64,000 nucleotides of DNA from Chiloscyllium plagiosum (taxonomy: Eukaryota): contig NC_057718.1 in NCBI RefSeq assembly GCF_004010195.1, positions 21,426,735 through 21,490,734 on the forward strand, read 5' to 3'. The notes under the pieces are model-generated. The model was not told the origin of the DNA. It ran no database searches and saw only the letters and a list, made by a program, of their open reading frames with translations. Position 1 is the stretch's first letter, and each line of letters starts with the position of its first letter. Below are positions 1 through 11,684 of the stretch, piece by piece. The translations under genes and the position numbers were made by a program.

Positions 1-1326
1 TTGCGATCAGAGATGCACCGAATGAATTGACCAACTTCAATCCATTTGAATTAATATTTGGGTATGAAGCAAGAGAAACGAATAAGTCAGAATTCAATGA
101 CCACCCATTTGGCCTATATGTCAAATTTTAGAGAAAGGTTAAATAGAGCTGGATAGTTGGCTAGACAGCATTTAAAAGTATCACAGCATACAATGAAACA
201 GGAAGCAAATAAGAAATCATAAATTTGCAATTTTGCAATGGGGGGATAAGGTATTGGTGTTACTTCCAGTAACAGGTGGGCCTTTAAAAGCAAGGTTTAG
301 TGGACCTTATCAAATCAAGAGAAAATTAAATGAGGTGAAGTACTTGAAAAGGACTCCAGACAGGAAAAAAATCTCAGAGTGTGTCATGTGAATATACTCA
401 AAACATATTTTCATTGAGAAGGAAAGCAAGAGGAGAAGGTGTGTTCATGATTATAGCATAGAAGGAAGAACCAAGTTCAGAGGATTCTGAATTGGACATT
501 CCTCAAATCAAATTGGACAATGAGGAAGTTGTCAAAAATTGGACTAAATTATTGAATTACCTTCTACGAGAAAATCAAAATGACCTGAAAGAGTTATTAC
601 TATCAAATGGGGAGATATACAGAAACAAACTGGAAAGTACTAATTGTGCATTACGTAGATATAGAAGGTGGTGTTCTGATTAAGCAACACCCTCATAGGC
701 ATAACCCTCTAAAGTTGGCACAGGTTCAGAAGAAGATAGAGCGGATGCTCCAAGATGGCACAATCAAAGTGAGTTACAGTGACTGGAGCTCACCCATAGT
801 CATGGTGCCAAAGTCAGATGGTACCCAAAGCCAGTTATGTGTGTACTATCGCAAAGTCAACACCAGTACAAAGACTGATGCATATCAAATTCCACGGTTG
901 AAGGACTGTATCAACAAAGTGGGACAAGCAACTTACGTTTCTAAGTTGGACTTGCTCAGAGGCTACTGGCAAATAGCTCTGTCAGAGAGAGCAAAGGCAA
1001 TTTCGGTTTTTGGTAATGCCAAATAGACTGTATCAGTTCAAAATCATGCCATTAAGCATGAAAAACACTCCAGCCACATTTCAGAGACTGACTAATAAGG
1101 TCATTCCTGGGTTGCCCAACTGTATGGTGTACATTGATGACCTGGTGATTTTTAGTGACTCATGGAAGGAACATTTACAGCATTTATTGGACTTGTTTGA
1201 TCGACTTCGGAAGGCAGGCTTGGTGGTAAATCTAGCTAGAAGTGAATTTGCCAAAACCCAAGTCACCTTCCTGGGCATGATATTGGACATGGACAAATGG
1301 TCCCACAAGATGCAAAAATGAAAGTA

Positions 1327-2027
1327 CAGGGAACAACAGTTATCCAAACGAGATGGGCGGGCACTATTTCGTTTGGATAATTGATTATTCGGTTAATCGA
1401 ATAAATGCCTGTCCTCTGGGGTTCCAAGGATTTAAAGTCTGCTCCCGTTCAGGGGACTAGCAGCAGCAGAGAGCGCGCGAGACCCCGCTCCCAACCCCGT
1501 CCAATACCGCCCACGCAACCCTGCCCTCTGACACCGTCCAACACCCCAAACCCGTCCGAAACCGCGCCCTGCCCCACAACACCACCCCCCACCCGCCTCC
1601 TTCCAACACTGCCCCTGCCCCCTCTCCAGAGCAGCCAGACTGGACACCAACAATAAGACTGCTGCTGCTGCTGTTTTTGTGCGGTAAATCTCCAAATAGC
1701 GCATGCGCGCACACACACCACAGCTTCTTACTGAAATTTTTTGACAGGTTCCACATTTGCCCTGTACAGGACAATGATGGAGAGATTATCTGGAAAGGGG
1801 GTTTCAGGGTACACCCTTCTGTAGAACTCCAGGGAAAGTGTGGGGAGAGAGAGAGAGGCCAGGCAGTCAGTCATTTGGAGATGGTGCCTGTTTAATCACT
1901 GTAAACAAAAGACGCGATCACTGTTTAAAACACATCTTTGATGTAATGTTTCTATCGGGTCCTCGAGATTTCCTTCGGATAATCCGATTTTCAAATAATT
2001 GGTATTCAGATAATCAAGGTTCCTCTG
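1327..2027. mobile_element. Tc1/mariner-type (Tigger/pogo-like) non-autonomous DNA transposon nested in the Gypsy pol
   Basis: TA|CAG...CTG|TA with imperfect TIRs. It interrupts the Gypsy sequence, and an inverted copy lies at 20264-20851. Confidence 0.85.
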
Positions 2028-2372
2028 TAAGTGGGGAAATTCCTACACCATCAACAAAAAAAACGGTACTACAGTTTCTGGGTTTGAGTGGATTTTACCA
2101 AAAAGTTGAGCCAAACTTTAGCAGTGTAGCTACTCCACTCACCGAATTACTAAAAAAAGGGCAAAAAGTTTCAGTGGACAGCTGACTGTACACTGAAAGA
2201 GCATTTGACAGCCTGAAAACTGTGTTAACCACTGCCCCAGTATTAGCCACACCAGATTACATGAAGCCTTTCAGGGTGACTATCAATGCCAGTGATGTGG
2301 GTGTCGGTGTGGTGGCCCTGCAGGAGGATGACGAGGGGATAAAAAGACTCATTGGGTATTTTTCCAGAAAGT

Positions 2373-3039
2373 TGATATGGAAAATAAAGAACATGAAAGC
2401 ATGAGAAGGGTTAAAGCATGAGAACCACTGGCAATCTGTGGTCTATGGAAGGCAGGATGGGATAAGAATAGTGGAATGCTGTTACACCAATTAGCAGAGA
2501 AAGGTCAAGGCTGAAAGATCACTATGGCGAGATGAGATAACACAAGTAATAAAGCAAGTTTCTCTGTTAAGTTTTATTATGACAGGATTGGGACCATAAA
2601 TATTTGGGACATTACATTAAAATAACTAATTAATAGTAGAGTCAGCTTGAGACAGGAGACTATTGTAACGGATGGAATAGCTAAATATCTATCATGATAG
2701 GTTAGTCTGCAATTGAAGATCACTGTAGCACAGTTAGCAATAAATATCTAACCATTACGTTAGAATAACATTAAGTAGAATGTACAACTAAAGAGATAAT
2801 GAGAACTAACATCACTGGTTTATTGTGTAGCTAGAGTGAGGTACTTTGATTAATATAGTTGGACATGCTGATAAGCTAACAGAAACATAATAAAAAAATA
2901 TAAAAATCCACAGACCCTGAGTTTCGGGGGCATTCGAGAATCTGTCTCAGTGTCACGGTTTTTTGTTTGCAAATAAAAGACCTACTTCTTGAAGAACTCT
3001 CTGCGTCTCCTGGTGGTTCTCTATATTTTCTCCACAACA
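2373..3039 (+). mobile_element. Solo-LTR-like insertion in the Gypsy RNase H
   Basis: Removing it restores YFSRKLNVHQQKYS. TTGA occurs at both junctions. The ends are imperfect inverted repeats, the element ends in CA, and AATAAA lies near 2972. Confidence 0.7.
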
Positions 3040-6000
3040 TTGAACGTTCATCAACAGAAATATTCAATGATGGAGAAAGAGACTTCAAGCCTGGTGTTGG
3101 CATGACAACATTTCAGTGTTTATATTACCAACAATGCATCTGAGACAATCACATACGCTGATCACAACCCATTGACATTTGTGGAAATATTTAAAGACGA
3201 AAATGCCAGAATGTTTAGGTGGAGCTTGTTGTTGCAGACATTCAATTTGACAATTATGCATGAGGCAGGTCGCGAAAACCTGATTGCCGATGTGTTATCA
3301 AGACTCAAATGAGATACAGGGGCATTCGGTGTTGGGTGTACCATGGTCTAATTTTGCATGTGGTTGTGCATATTTGCATGTTTATAGTTAATAAAGTGTA
3401 TATGTGTGTTTAGACTATTAATCGGGTTTCGAAGGATTAAAAATGAAGTGTCACAAAGCTCGTCCCTTTTTTTATCTAAAAGCTGTTCCTTGGCTCAAGG
3501 AGACTCTGTCCTTGATTTTTTTTCAGAGGGTCAATAAACCGGGCTGGGCTCCGATCAGTCTGGTTTCATACAGAGATTAAAAGGAGATTGTGAGGCCTTT
3601 TGTTTACATGTAAACAGATGAGACTTCAGGCCAAAGTGGTCACGATTTAGAAGTCACCTACGTAATGAAAGGGGAGTGGTCAGCTCTCTAGCTGATCTGA
3701 GCAGTTTAGTTCAGTTTTGAGCTGGTGAAGAGTTCAACAGGGAGCTGTGTGGAAGCTTTCTCTCTCTCTCTTTCTGCCCTTCAACTTCAACCTGTAAGCA
3801 TGTGTTCCATTTATACTGGTATTTAAAGGGAGTTTGCTTATTGGGACTGTTATGGATATTCGGAACAGCAAAATGAAGTCTAGTTGGATAGGGTGAGTTC
3901 TGTAGGGGCTCTTTATTCTGTTCTTTGTGTTTCATTGTGTAATTTTGTGAATAGGTGTTTGTCTGTTTTAAAATCTAGTGGTCAACCTAGCTAACTTAAT
4001 TTGGGTAATTTTCACTGTACACTTACCAAAACAAATTGAAAAGTTATGATCTGGGCTGCCTGCTTAAGAATGTTTTGAGTGGTCTGGCCTAGTCCATAGC
4101 AGTTGATACAGTTCCGGTTGGAATGCCATGCTTCTAGAAATTCTCATGTGCATCTTTGTTTGGCTTGTCCTAGGATGGATGTGTTGTCCCAGTGAAGTGG
4201 TGCCCTTCCTCATTTGTATCACTAGAATACTAGTGATAGTGAGTCATGTCTTTTTGTGGCTAGTTGATGTTCATGTGGCTCATGGCTAGTTTTCTGCCTG
4301 TTTGTCCAGTGTAGTGTCTGTTACATTCTTGCAAGATATTTTGTAAATGATGTTCGTTTTGTTTGTTGTCTATATAGGGTCTTTTACGTTCATTAGCTGA
4401 TGTTTTAGTGTGTTGGTGGCTTTGTGGGCTACCATGATGCCAATAGCTCTGAGTAGTCTGGCAGTCATTTCTGAGATGTCTTTGATGTAGAGGTGAGTGG
4501 CTAGGATTTCTGGGCGGGTTTTGTCTGCTTGTTTGGGTTTGTTGCTGAGAAATCGGCGGACTGTGTTCATTGGGTACCCATTCATTTTTGAATATGCTAT
4601 ATAGGTCATTTTCCTCAGCTTTCTTAGTTCTACTGTGCTGCATTGTGTGGTGGTTTGTTGAAATAATGTTTGAATGCAGCTTTGTCTGTTGGTGTTGGGA
4701 ATGATTGCTTCTGTAGTTTAGTTTTTGGTCCTTATGTGTTGTTTTCCTGTAGATGCTGGTTTGAAGTTCCCCTTTGGCTGTTTGCTCTACTGTGACATCT
4801 AGGAGTGACAGTTTGTTGTTGTTTTCCTTCTCTTTTGTGAATGTTATGCCACTAAGATATAATTGATGGTCTTGAAAGATTCCTCTAATTTGTTTTGTTT
4901 AGTGATGGCAAAAGTGTCGTCCAAGTAGTGGACCCAAAGTTTGGGTTAAATGGTTGGCAGAGCTGTTTGTTCGAGTCTCTGCATTACTGCCTCTGCTAAG
5001 AATCCTGATATCAGAGATCCCATGAGTGTTCCATTGGTTTGTTTGTAGGTTTTGTTTCTGCAAGTGAAGTTGTTGGTAAGGCATAGGTCCACTAGCTTGA
5101 TGATGTCTTTGCTGATGAAGTTGGTGGAGTTTGGTTCTTCTAACAGTAGTCAGCATTTCTTTGGCCAGGTTGATGTTGCTGGATTTGAACAGGGCTGTTA
5201 CATCAAAGAAAACTTTTACTTCATCCTCTTCTATCTTGGTGTCTTTGATGGTGTTCAGGAATTCTTGGGTGGAGTGAATGCGGAGGCATGAGTCCTCTAC
5301 TAAGTGTTTAATCTTTGGTGTAGTTCCACGTAGCGAGACTATGGGTCTGAGGGGGGGTCCTGGTTTGTAAATTTTGGGTAATCCTTAGAAGCATGCTGTG
5401 TTAGATTCGTCTGGTGTCATTTTCTGGAAGTCTGTCTTGTTCAATTCTCTAGATTTCTGGAGTTGTTTGAGTAGGGCTGTGATTCTCTTCTCCAGATGTG
5501 GAGTCAGGTCTATCGCCATCTGTTGTTAAGTATTGGTATCTGCAAGCAGTTTATTCAGTTTAAGATGACTATCAAATGTCCTTTGTCTGCAGGTAGGATA
5601 ACAATGTTTTTATCTTTTTTGAGTCCTTCTAGTGCTTTCCTTTCTTGTGTATTGAGTGTGTTTTTTTCCTTTTTCCTGCATAATGTTGGTGCGACTGTCT
5701 GTCTGATGGATTGCTGGGTTTTTTTCTGCGAGTTTGTTGGCTTTCAGTGTTGTTCTAATGCTGCTAAGAAATCTTCCAAATTCATATTCTGGAAGTTGTA
5801 ATTTAATACTCTTATTAAGATGGTTTATTTCAGTGTCTGTTAAGGGTCGGTCAGATAAGCTTTTTACCCATGCTTCTGTGTTGTCTGTGTTGTTATTCTG
5901 TGTGAGTTTGTCGAGTTTTTTCTGGTCTAGTTTTTTTTCATTTTCTGTGTTTGTCGCTATCTAATGTCAATGGCTCATTCTACTATGTCTGTCCATTCAT

Positions 6001-6191
6001 GGACTGTTGCATTAGTGAGTAAAGTCTTTTGGCGCAAAATTCTCTGGTTGTATTTACAGAGTCTGTTGTGGGCATCGTTAATCATTTCTCTAAGCATTCT
6101 GCGGCCATTTTGCTCTGCTATTCTTTTGGCTAGTGGGATGTTAAGGGAAGGTTTGTATTTAAGACGTTTAGGTAGTACCGGTTTCCTTAGT

Positions 6192-7889
6192 TAAAAATCA
6201 CACAACACCAGGTTATAGTCCAACAGGTTTAATTGGAAGCACACTAGCTTTCGGAGTGACGCTCCTTCATCAGGTGATAGTGGAGGGCTCAATCCTAACA
6301 CAGAATTTATAGCAAAAATTTACAGTGTGATGTAACTGAAATTATACATTGAAAAATACCTGGTCTGTTGAGGCTTTCATCTGTTCGAATACCATGATAG
6401 TTTCACTTCTTTCATGTGTAAATCACAAAACCTTTTTTTAAAAGTTGCAGTCTCAGGTTAACTGTAACAATTGGTGTTAGCTAGACAATATGTTGAAGGT
6501 GTTAGCCCCTGTGTTCTCTGTCTATGCCATGAGGTTCAGATTGATTCTAATCTAAAAAGTGAGATAACAGAGTTTTACATGAATTCATGCAGCTTTTGAG
6601 CAAAGTACAATGTAACTCTGCAAGTACAAATTCACCCCACAAAATATATGTGCGCATGTGGGTCTTTGTGTCTGTCTGTGTGTGTGTCTGTTTGGCTCGG
6701 GGGTTGTGAGTGTGAGAGAGAGTGTATATGTGTGTGTAGTGAGTGTAGAGTGTCTTAAGTCTGCGAGGGGGTGCATGTGTGTTTGTGTGCGTATCTGGGA
6801 TGGGGAGTTGTGAGTGTCTGTGAGAGTGTATATGTGTGCGCATGAGTGTAGAGTGGTCTAAGTCTCTGAGAGGATACCTGTGAGAGTGTGTGTGCGTATC
6901 TGAGTATATGTGTGTCTGTGTGTGTATAGGAGTGTGTATGTGTGTGTGTGTGTGTAGTGCAATGGTGGTCATCTGTAGTGTGACATGAACCCAAGATCCC
7001 AGTTGAGGCCCTCCCTATGAGTATGGAACTTATCTATCAGCCTCTGCTCAGCCATGGGGACCAAATTTGCACCCCAATATGCCAACATCTTCATGCACAG
7101 GTTTGAACAAGACTTCTTCTTGACGCAGGATCTCCAACCAACCTTATACACCAGGTACATTGACAGCATTTTCTTCCTCTGGACCCGTCACTGATAAAAC
7201 CACACAATGATATCAACAAGTTTCATCTCAGCATGGACTACTCTCGACTATCTGTCTCATCCTTGAACACATGCATTTCCATCAAGGATGGACACCTCAG
7301 CACCACATTCTACCGCAAACCCACTGACAACCTCACATTGCTACAGCTCTCCAGCTTCCATCCAAAACATATTAAAGCAGCCATCCCCTGTGGACAAACC
7401 CTACACGTACACCGGATCTGCTCAGATGAGGAGGAACATGACGGGCACCTGGAAGTACTCAGGGATGCCCTCATAAGAATGGGGTACGATACTCAACTCA
7501 TCGACCACCAGTTCCGATGTACCACAGCAAGGAACCGTAATGACCTCCTCAGGAGACAGACACGTACTGCAACCAACAGGGTACCCTTCGTTGACAGTAC
7601 TTCCCAGGAGCTGAAAAACTACGCCATGTTCTTTGTGGCCTACAACACATTATCAATGAGGATGAGCACCTCGCCAAGACCTTCCCCACACCTCCACTGC
7701 TTGCCTTTAAACAACCGCCAAACCTCAAACAAATCATTGTTCGCAGCAAGCTGTCCGGCTTTCAGGACTACATACAACCCTGTTATGGTAGGCACTGCAA
7801 GACGTGTCAGAGTGTGGACATGGATACCACCATGACACGTGGGGACACCTCCCACCATGTACGTGGCAGGTACTCATGTTACTCAGCCA
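6192..7889. mobile_element. Second Penelope-like family: inverted terminal repeat with TG-rich tract (about 6192-7050, minus) plus RT C-terminal/GIY-YIG fragment (7050-7889, plus)
   Basis: MGTKFAPQYANIFM, YRKPTD, SSFHPKHIKAAIP and RICSDEE motifs. Hammerhead motif at 6242-6276. Confidence 0.85.
6242..6276 (-). ncRNA. Minimal type I hammerhead ribozyme motif
   Basis: CAC-CTGATGA-AGGAGCGTCACTCC-GAAA-GCTA-GTG: stem I CAC/GTG, stem II GGAG/CTCC, palindromic AGCT helix III, CUA cleavage triplet. Confidence 0.75.
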
Positions 7890-8394
7890 GTGCTTTACCA
7901 AGTGCTCACTGACAGTGTTACCTAGTATGGTGATAAAACATCTGAAAACGAACCTTCCAGCTTGGCGAGCAAACTTATACCCAGAATCTCAACCTGAGCT
8001 ACAAATCTTCTCCAAACTCGCTACGTGTAAATTAGGTTGATTAGCCATGGGAAATGCAGGGTTACAGGGATAGGGAGGTTAGTTTGGGTGGGATTCTCTT
8101 TGGAGAGTCAATGTGGACTTGTTGGATCATATAGTCTTATTCCACACTGTCGGGATTCTGTGAAGTCTAAAGTAACTGAAATCCAAGAAAGCCCCATGGT
8201 TTGTTTAAAGTCACACAGTAAATCCCTACTTAATGTCAAATATAACGTTGTTTCACCTTAACATTCAATAGTGTCAATATATATCCATTAAACACCATCA
8301 ATTCCAGAACATAATTTGCCAAGATTTATTTTGTGGCCTGTGTGCACAAATAACCTTTCTTGCTGCTTTTCCATCTTGCCCTCTTCTTCCTGTT

Positions 8395-8985
8395 ACCACA
8401 CAGCACTAACATCTCCAGGACACCCGCACCAATCAACCACAACACCGCCCTGTGGCCGAACATTTCAACTCCTCCTCCCACTCTGCCGAGGACATGGAGG
8501 TCCTGGGCCTCCTTCACCGCCGCTCCCTCACCACCAGACGCCTGGAGGAAGAACGCCTCATCTTCCGCCTCGGAACACTTCAACCCCAGGGCATCAATGT
8601 GGACTTCACCAGTTTCCTTATTTCCCCTTCCCCCACTTCACTCTAGTTCCAAACTTTCAGCTCAGCACTCTCCCCATGACTTGTCCGGATTTGTCCTACC
8701 TGCCTATCTTCTTTTCCACTTATCCACTCCACCCTCCTCCCTGACCTATCACCTTCATCCCCTCCCCCACTCACCTATTGTACTCTATGCTACTTTCTCC
8801 CCACCCTCACCCTCCTCTAGCTTATCTCTCCATGCTTCAGGATCTCTGCCTTTATTCCTGATGAAGGGCGTTTGCCCGAAACGTCGATTTTACTGCTCCT
8901 CGGATGCTGCCTGAACTGCTGTGCTCTTCCAGCACCACTAATCCAGAATCTGGTTTCCAGTATCTGCAGTCATTGTTTTTACCTA
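8395..8985 (+). mobile_element. Penelope-like 3' fragment (GIY-YIG C-terminus plus tail)
   Basis: VAEHFNSSSHS...RRLEEERLIFRLGTLQPQGINVDF, followed by a C-rich tail and a hammerhead motif. Confidence 0.85.
8854..8889 (+). ncRNA. Minimal type I hammerhead ribozyme motif
   Basis: ATTC-CTGATGA-AGGGCGTTTGCCC-GAAA-CGTC-GATT: intact core, ACGT palindrome, GUC triplet, weak stem I. Confidence 0.75.
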
Positions 8986-9344
8986 GCACTGCTTGTCATC
9001 CTTGCCTCCCATCACTCTTTGTCCTCAGAGTCTGTTCTTGAGCTCTTCTGCTGATGTTATAGGTTCCACCTAGTGACAGACTTTGATCAGTATCAGTTGT
9101 CATGGACTACAGCGACCTGCATTGACCCAACATACGCCACTAGATGGAGCCTAATAAATCTAGTACTACAGATTATTTTTAAAAATATTTTACATTAAAC
9201 ATTATATTTAAAAGAAGTAATATGTGGAAACATGGTTGGTATGGACGAGTTGGTCTGACTCTATTTCCACGCTGTATGACTATAATACAATATTTTATTT
9301 TCCAATGATTTCAACTAACAATGCACTATGCTGCATACATACAT

Positions 9345-10575
9345 TTCTTTGAGAAGGTGACCAAACAGGTAGATGAGAGTAAACCGGTTGATGTGGTATA
9401 TATGGATTTCAGCAAGGTGTTCGATAAGGTTCCCCACAGTAGGCTACTGTACAAAATGTGGAGGAATGTGATTGTGGGAGATATAGCATTTGGGATCAGT
9501 AATTAGCTTGCTGAAAGAAGACAGAGGGTGGTGGGTTGATGGGAAATATTCATCCTGGAGCTGAAAATGTGTTGCTGGAAAAGCGCAGCAGGTCAGGCAG
9601 CATCCAAGGAGCAGGAGAATCGACGTTTCAGGCATGAGCCCTTCTTCAGGAATCCTGAAGAAGGGCTCTTGCCCGAAACATCGATTCTCCTGCTCCTTGG
9701 ATGCTGCCTGACCTGCTGCGCTTTTCCAGCAACACATTTTCAGCTCTGATCTCCAGCATTTGCAGTCCACACTTTCTCCTAGAATATTCAACCTGGAGTC
9801 CAGTTACTAGTAGCGTACTGCAAGGGCCGGTGTTGGGTCCACTGCTGTTTGTCATTTTTATAAACGACCTGGATGAGGGCGTAGAAGGGTGGGTTAGTAA
9901 ATTTGCAGGCAACACTAAGGTCAGTGGAGTTGTGGATAGTGACGAAGGATGTTGTAGGTTACAGAGAGACAGAGATAAGCTGCAGAGCTGGGCTGAGAGG
10001 TGGCAAATCAAGTTTAATGCAGACAAGTGTGAGGTGATTCACTTGGGTCGGAGTAACCGGAATGCAAAGTACTGGGCTAATGGTAAGATTCTTGGTAGTG
10101 CAGATGAGCAGAGAGATCTCGGTGTCAGGTACACAGATCCTTGAAAGTTGCCACCCAGGTTGACAGGGTTGTTAAGAAGGCATAGAGTGTTTTAGCTTTT
10201 ATTGAGGGATCGAGTTCCGGAACCATGAGGTTATGCTACAGCTGTACAAAACTCTGGTGCGGCCGCACTTGGANNNNNNNNNNNNNNNNNNNNNNNNNNN
10301 NNNNNNNNNNNGGGCATAGCTTTAAATTGAGGGGTGATAGATATAGGACAGATGTCAGAGGTAGTTTCTTTACTCAGAGAGTAGTAAGGGTATGGAATGC
10401 TTTGCCTGCAACGGTAGTAGATTCGCCAACTTTAAGTGCATTTAAGTCGTCATTGGACAAGCATATGGACGTACATGGAATAGTGTAGGTTAGATGGGCT
10501 TCAGATTGGTATGACAGGTCGGTGCAACAGAGGGCCGAAGGGTCTGTACTGCGCTGTAATGTTCTATGTTCTATG
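9345..10575 (+). mobile_element. CR1 (HER1-like) LINE 3' fragment
   Basis: [46 protein letters not shown] and [14 protein letters not shown], ending in a (TTCTATG)n tail. Confidence 0.92.
9561..9780. mobile_element. Fold-back Penelope-tail element with back-to-back hammerhead-derived arms, inserted in CR1
   Basis: Near-perfect inverted arms of about 90 bp centred near 9652. Flanked by aatattca(t/a)cctggag (16 bp, one mismatch). Confidence 0.85.
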
Positions 10576-11684
10576 TACATGGTCGTATATTTCAAACTGT
10601 ACGTAGTTTTTGTGAAGAAACTCCAGCTTTAACATTGATATTTAAGGGAACCTGTGATTCACAGTCATTTCAAGTGTCACAATTCATAGGAACGCAATCA
10701 CAACTTCAAGAAATAATTACCTATCATGGAACAATTGGAAACTAAACACTGGTTTACATCTGAATGTCTTGGAGACAGGATACCTACAGCTTCCTCAGCA
10801 CACCAATGTGGGCCCTGAGAACAATGAGATGTTTGGAGCTGGGGATTAGTTCAAAACTCTACCTAGGATGTAGCAAGCAAATATTAATGAAGGAATAAAC
10901 TGCACGGAGGGTTTTGTTTTGCAGTTCTTTTGTTTTCTTGAAGAAAGTTGAAGTCAAGGTACAGAAGAGTTTTGGGGAAGGCAGAGAGAATTTGCCAGAA
11001 ACTATGGTCTGGAAGAGGGCCATCAGGAACCAGTGGCTTTTCTAATTTGGAGTCACCGAGCAAGAATGTAGAAAGGCTAGTGCTTGATCTGGGTTATCCA
11101 TAATCACAAGGGATTGAAGGATTCTTAGAAAGATGCTTTTGGAAAAACCTCATGGAATGTCATATCTTGGGGGAATAGTGTGAACATGGAGGAGAATCAA
11201 AGTGAATTCTTGAAACTGGTGCAATTGCATTTGGTCCCATGAGAAGTTAAAAGAGATGCTCGTAGACATATATAGGGAAATTTGGGTGGAAATAAAAGTA
11301 GAATGGAGAATGTTCTATTGAGATGTTTAGGCTTAAAGCATTAAATTTGTGGCAGAATTCTTTCAGTTAATAATTAAAATTTGAAATTCTTAAAAGTTAC
11401 TGATCAGGGAGATTTGTATTAATAAGTCAGCTGAATAAGAATTAATTCACAATACTGATTCAGTAAAATTGAACAATTGAAAACCTTCAACTAAGTTCTG
11501 GCTTCAATAATATCAATACTTATCAATTCTGATTCTGTAATTTTACATTGCACTCAATTTTTAATATTCTCATATATGAAGACTTTATTAACTGCAGGTC
11601 AAAACATAAATTCTATTTGTAACCAAGAAGCAATAAAGAATTAATGTCAGGCAGCAAGGGATAGTGCAAATACAGGAGGAAACT

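Larger units (their letters stand above)
1..4101 (+). mobile_element. Degenerate Gypsy/Ty3 LTR retrotransposon with Gmr1-like order (IN-RT-RNase H) and 3' LTR at about 3449-4101
   Basis: Integrase C-terminus at 3-410 (AIRDAPNE..FNPFELIFG, ARFSGPYQI, VCHVNILK). RT at 607-1321 (WSSPIVMVPK, LDLLRGYWQI, YIDD). RNase H at 2030-2372 and 3040-3310 (NASDVGVG, YFSRKL). Many frameshifts. LTR has TG...CA ends. Confidence 0.9.
4102..8021 (-). mobile_element. Decayed Penelope-like element (RT + GIY-YIG), interrupted at 6192-7889, with an inverted terminal repeat at about 7905-8021
   Basis: Minus-strand fragments include ECNRHYTGQTGRKL and NGYPMNTVRRFL. The sequence joins across the insertion. Confidence 0.85.

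Noticed and set aside
1405..1774. Pro/Gly-rich ORFs and GC-rich patch resembling a CpG-island gene
   Set aside because: They lie inside a TA-flanked MITE that has a second copy at 20264-20851.
6547..6994. His/Thr-rich ORFs
   Set aside because: Translation of the (TG)n-rich tract in a Penelope terminal repeat.
9561..9750. Long hairpins as pre-miRNA genes or as DNA-transposon MITEs
   Set aside because: They are multi-copy, derive from a Penelope tail, have asymmetric arms and carry 14-18 bp TSDs. This fits retroelement insertion better.
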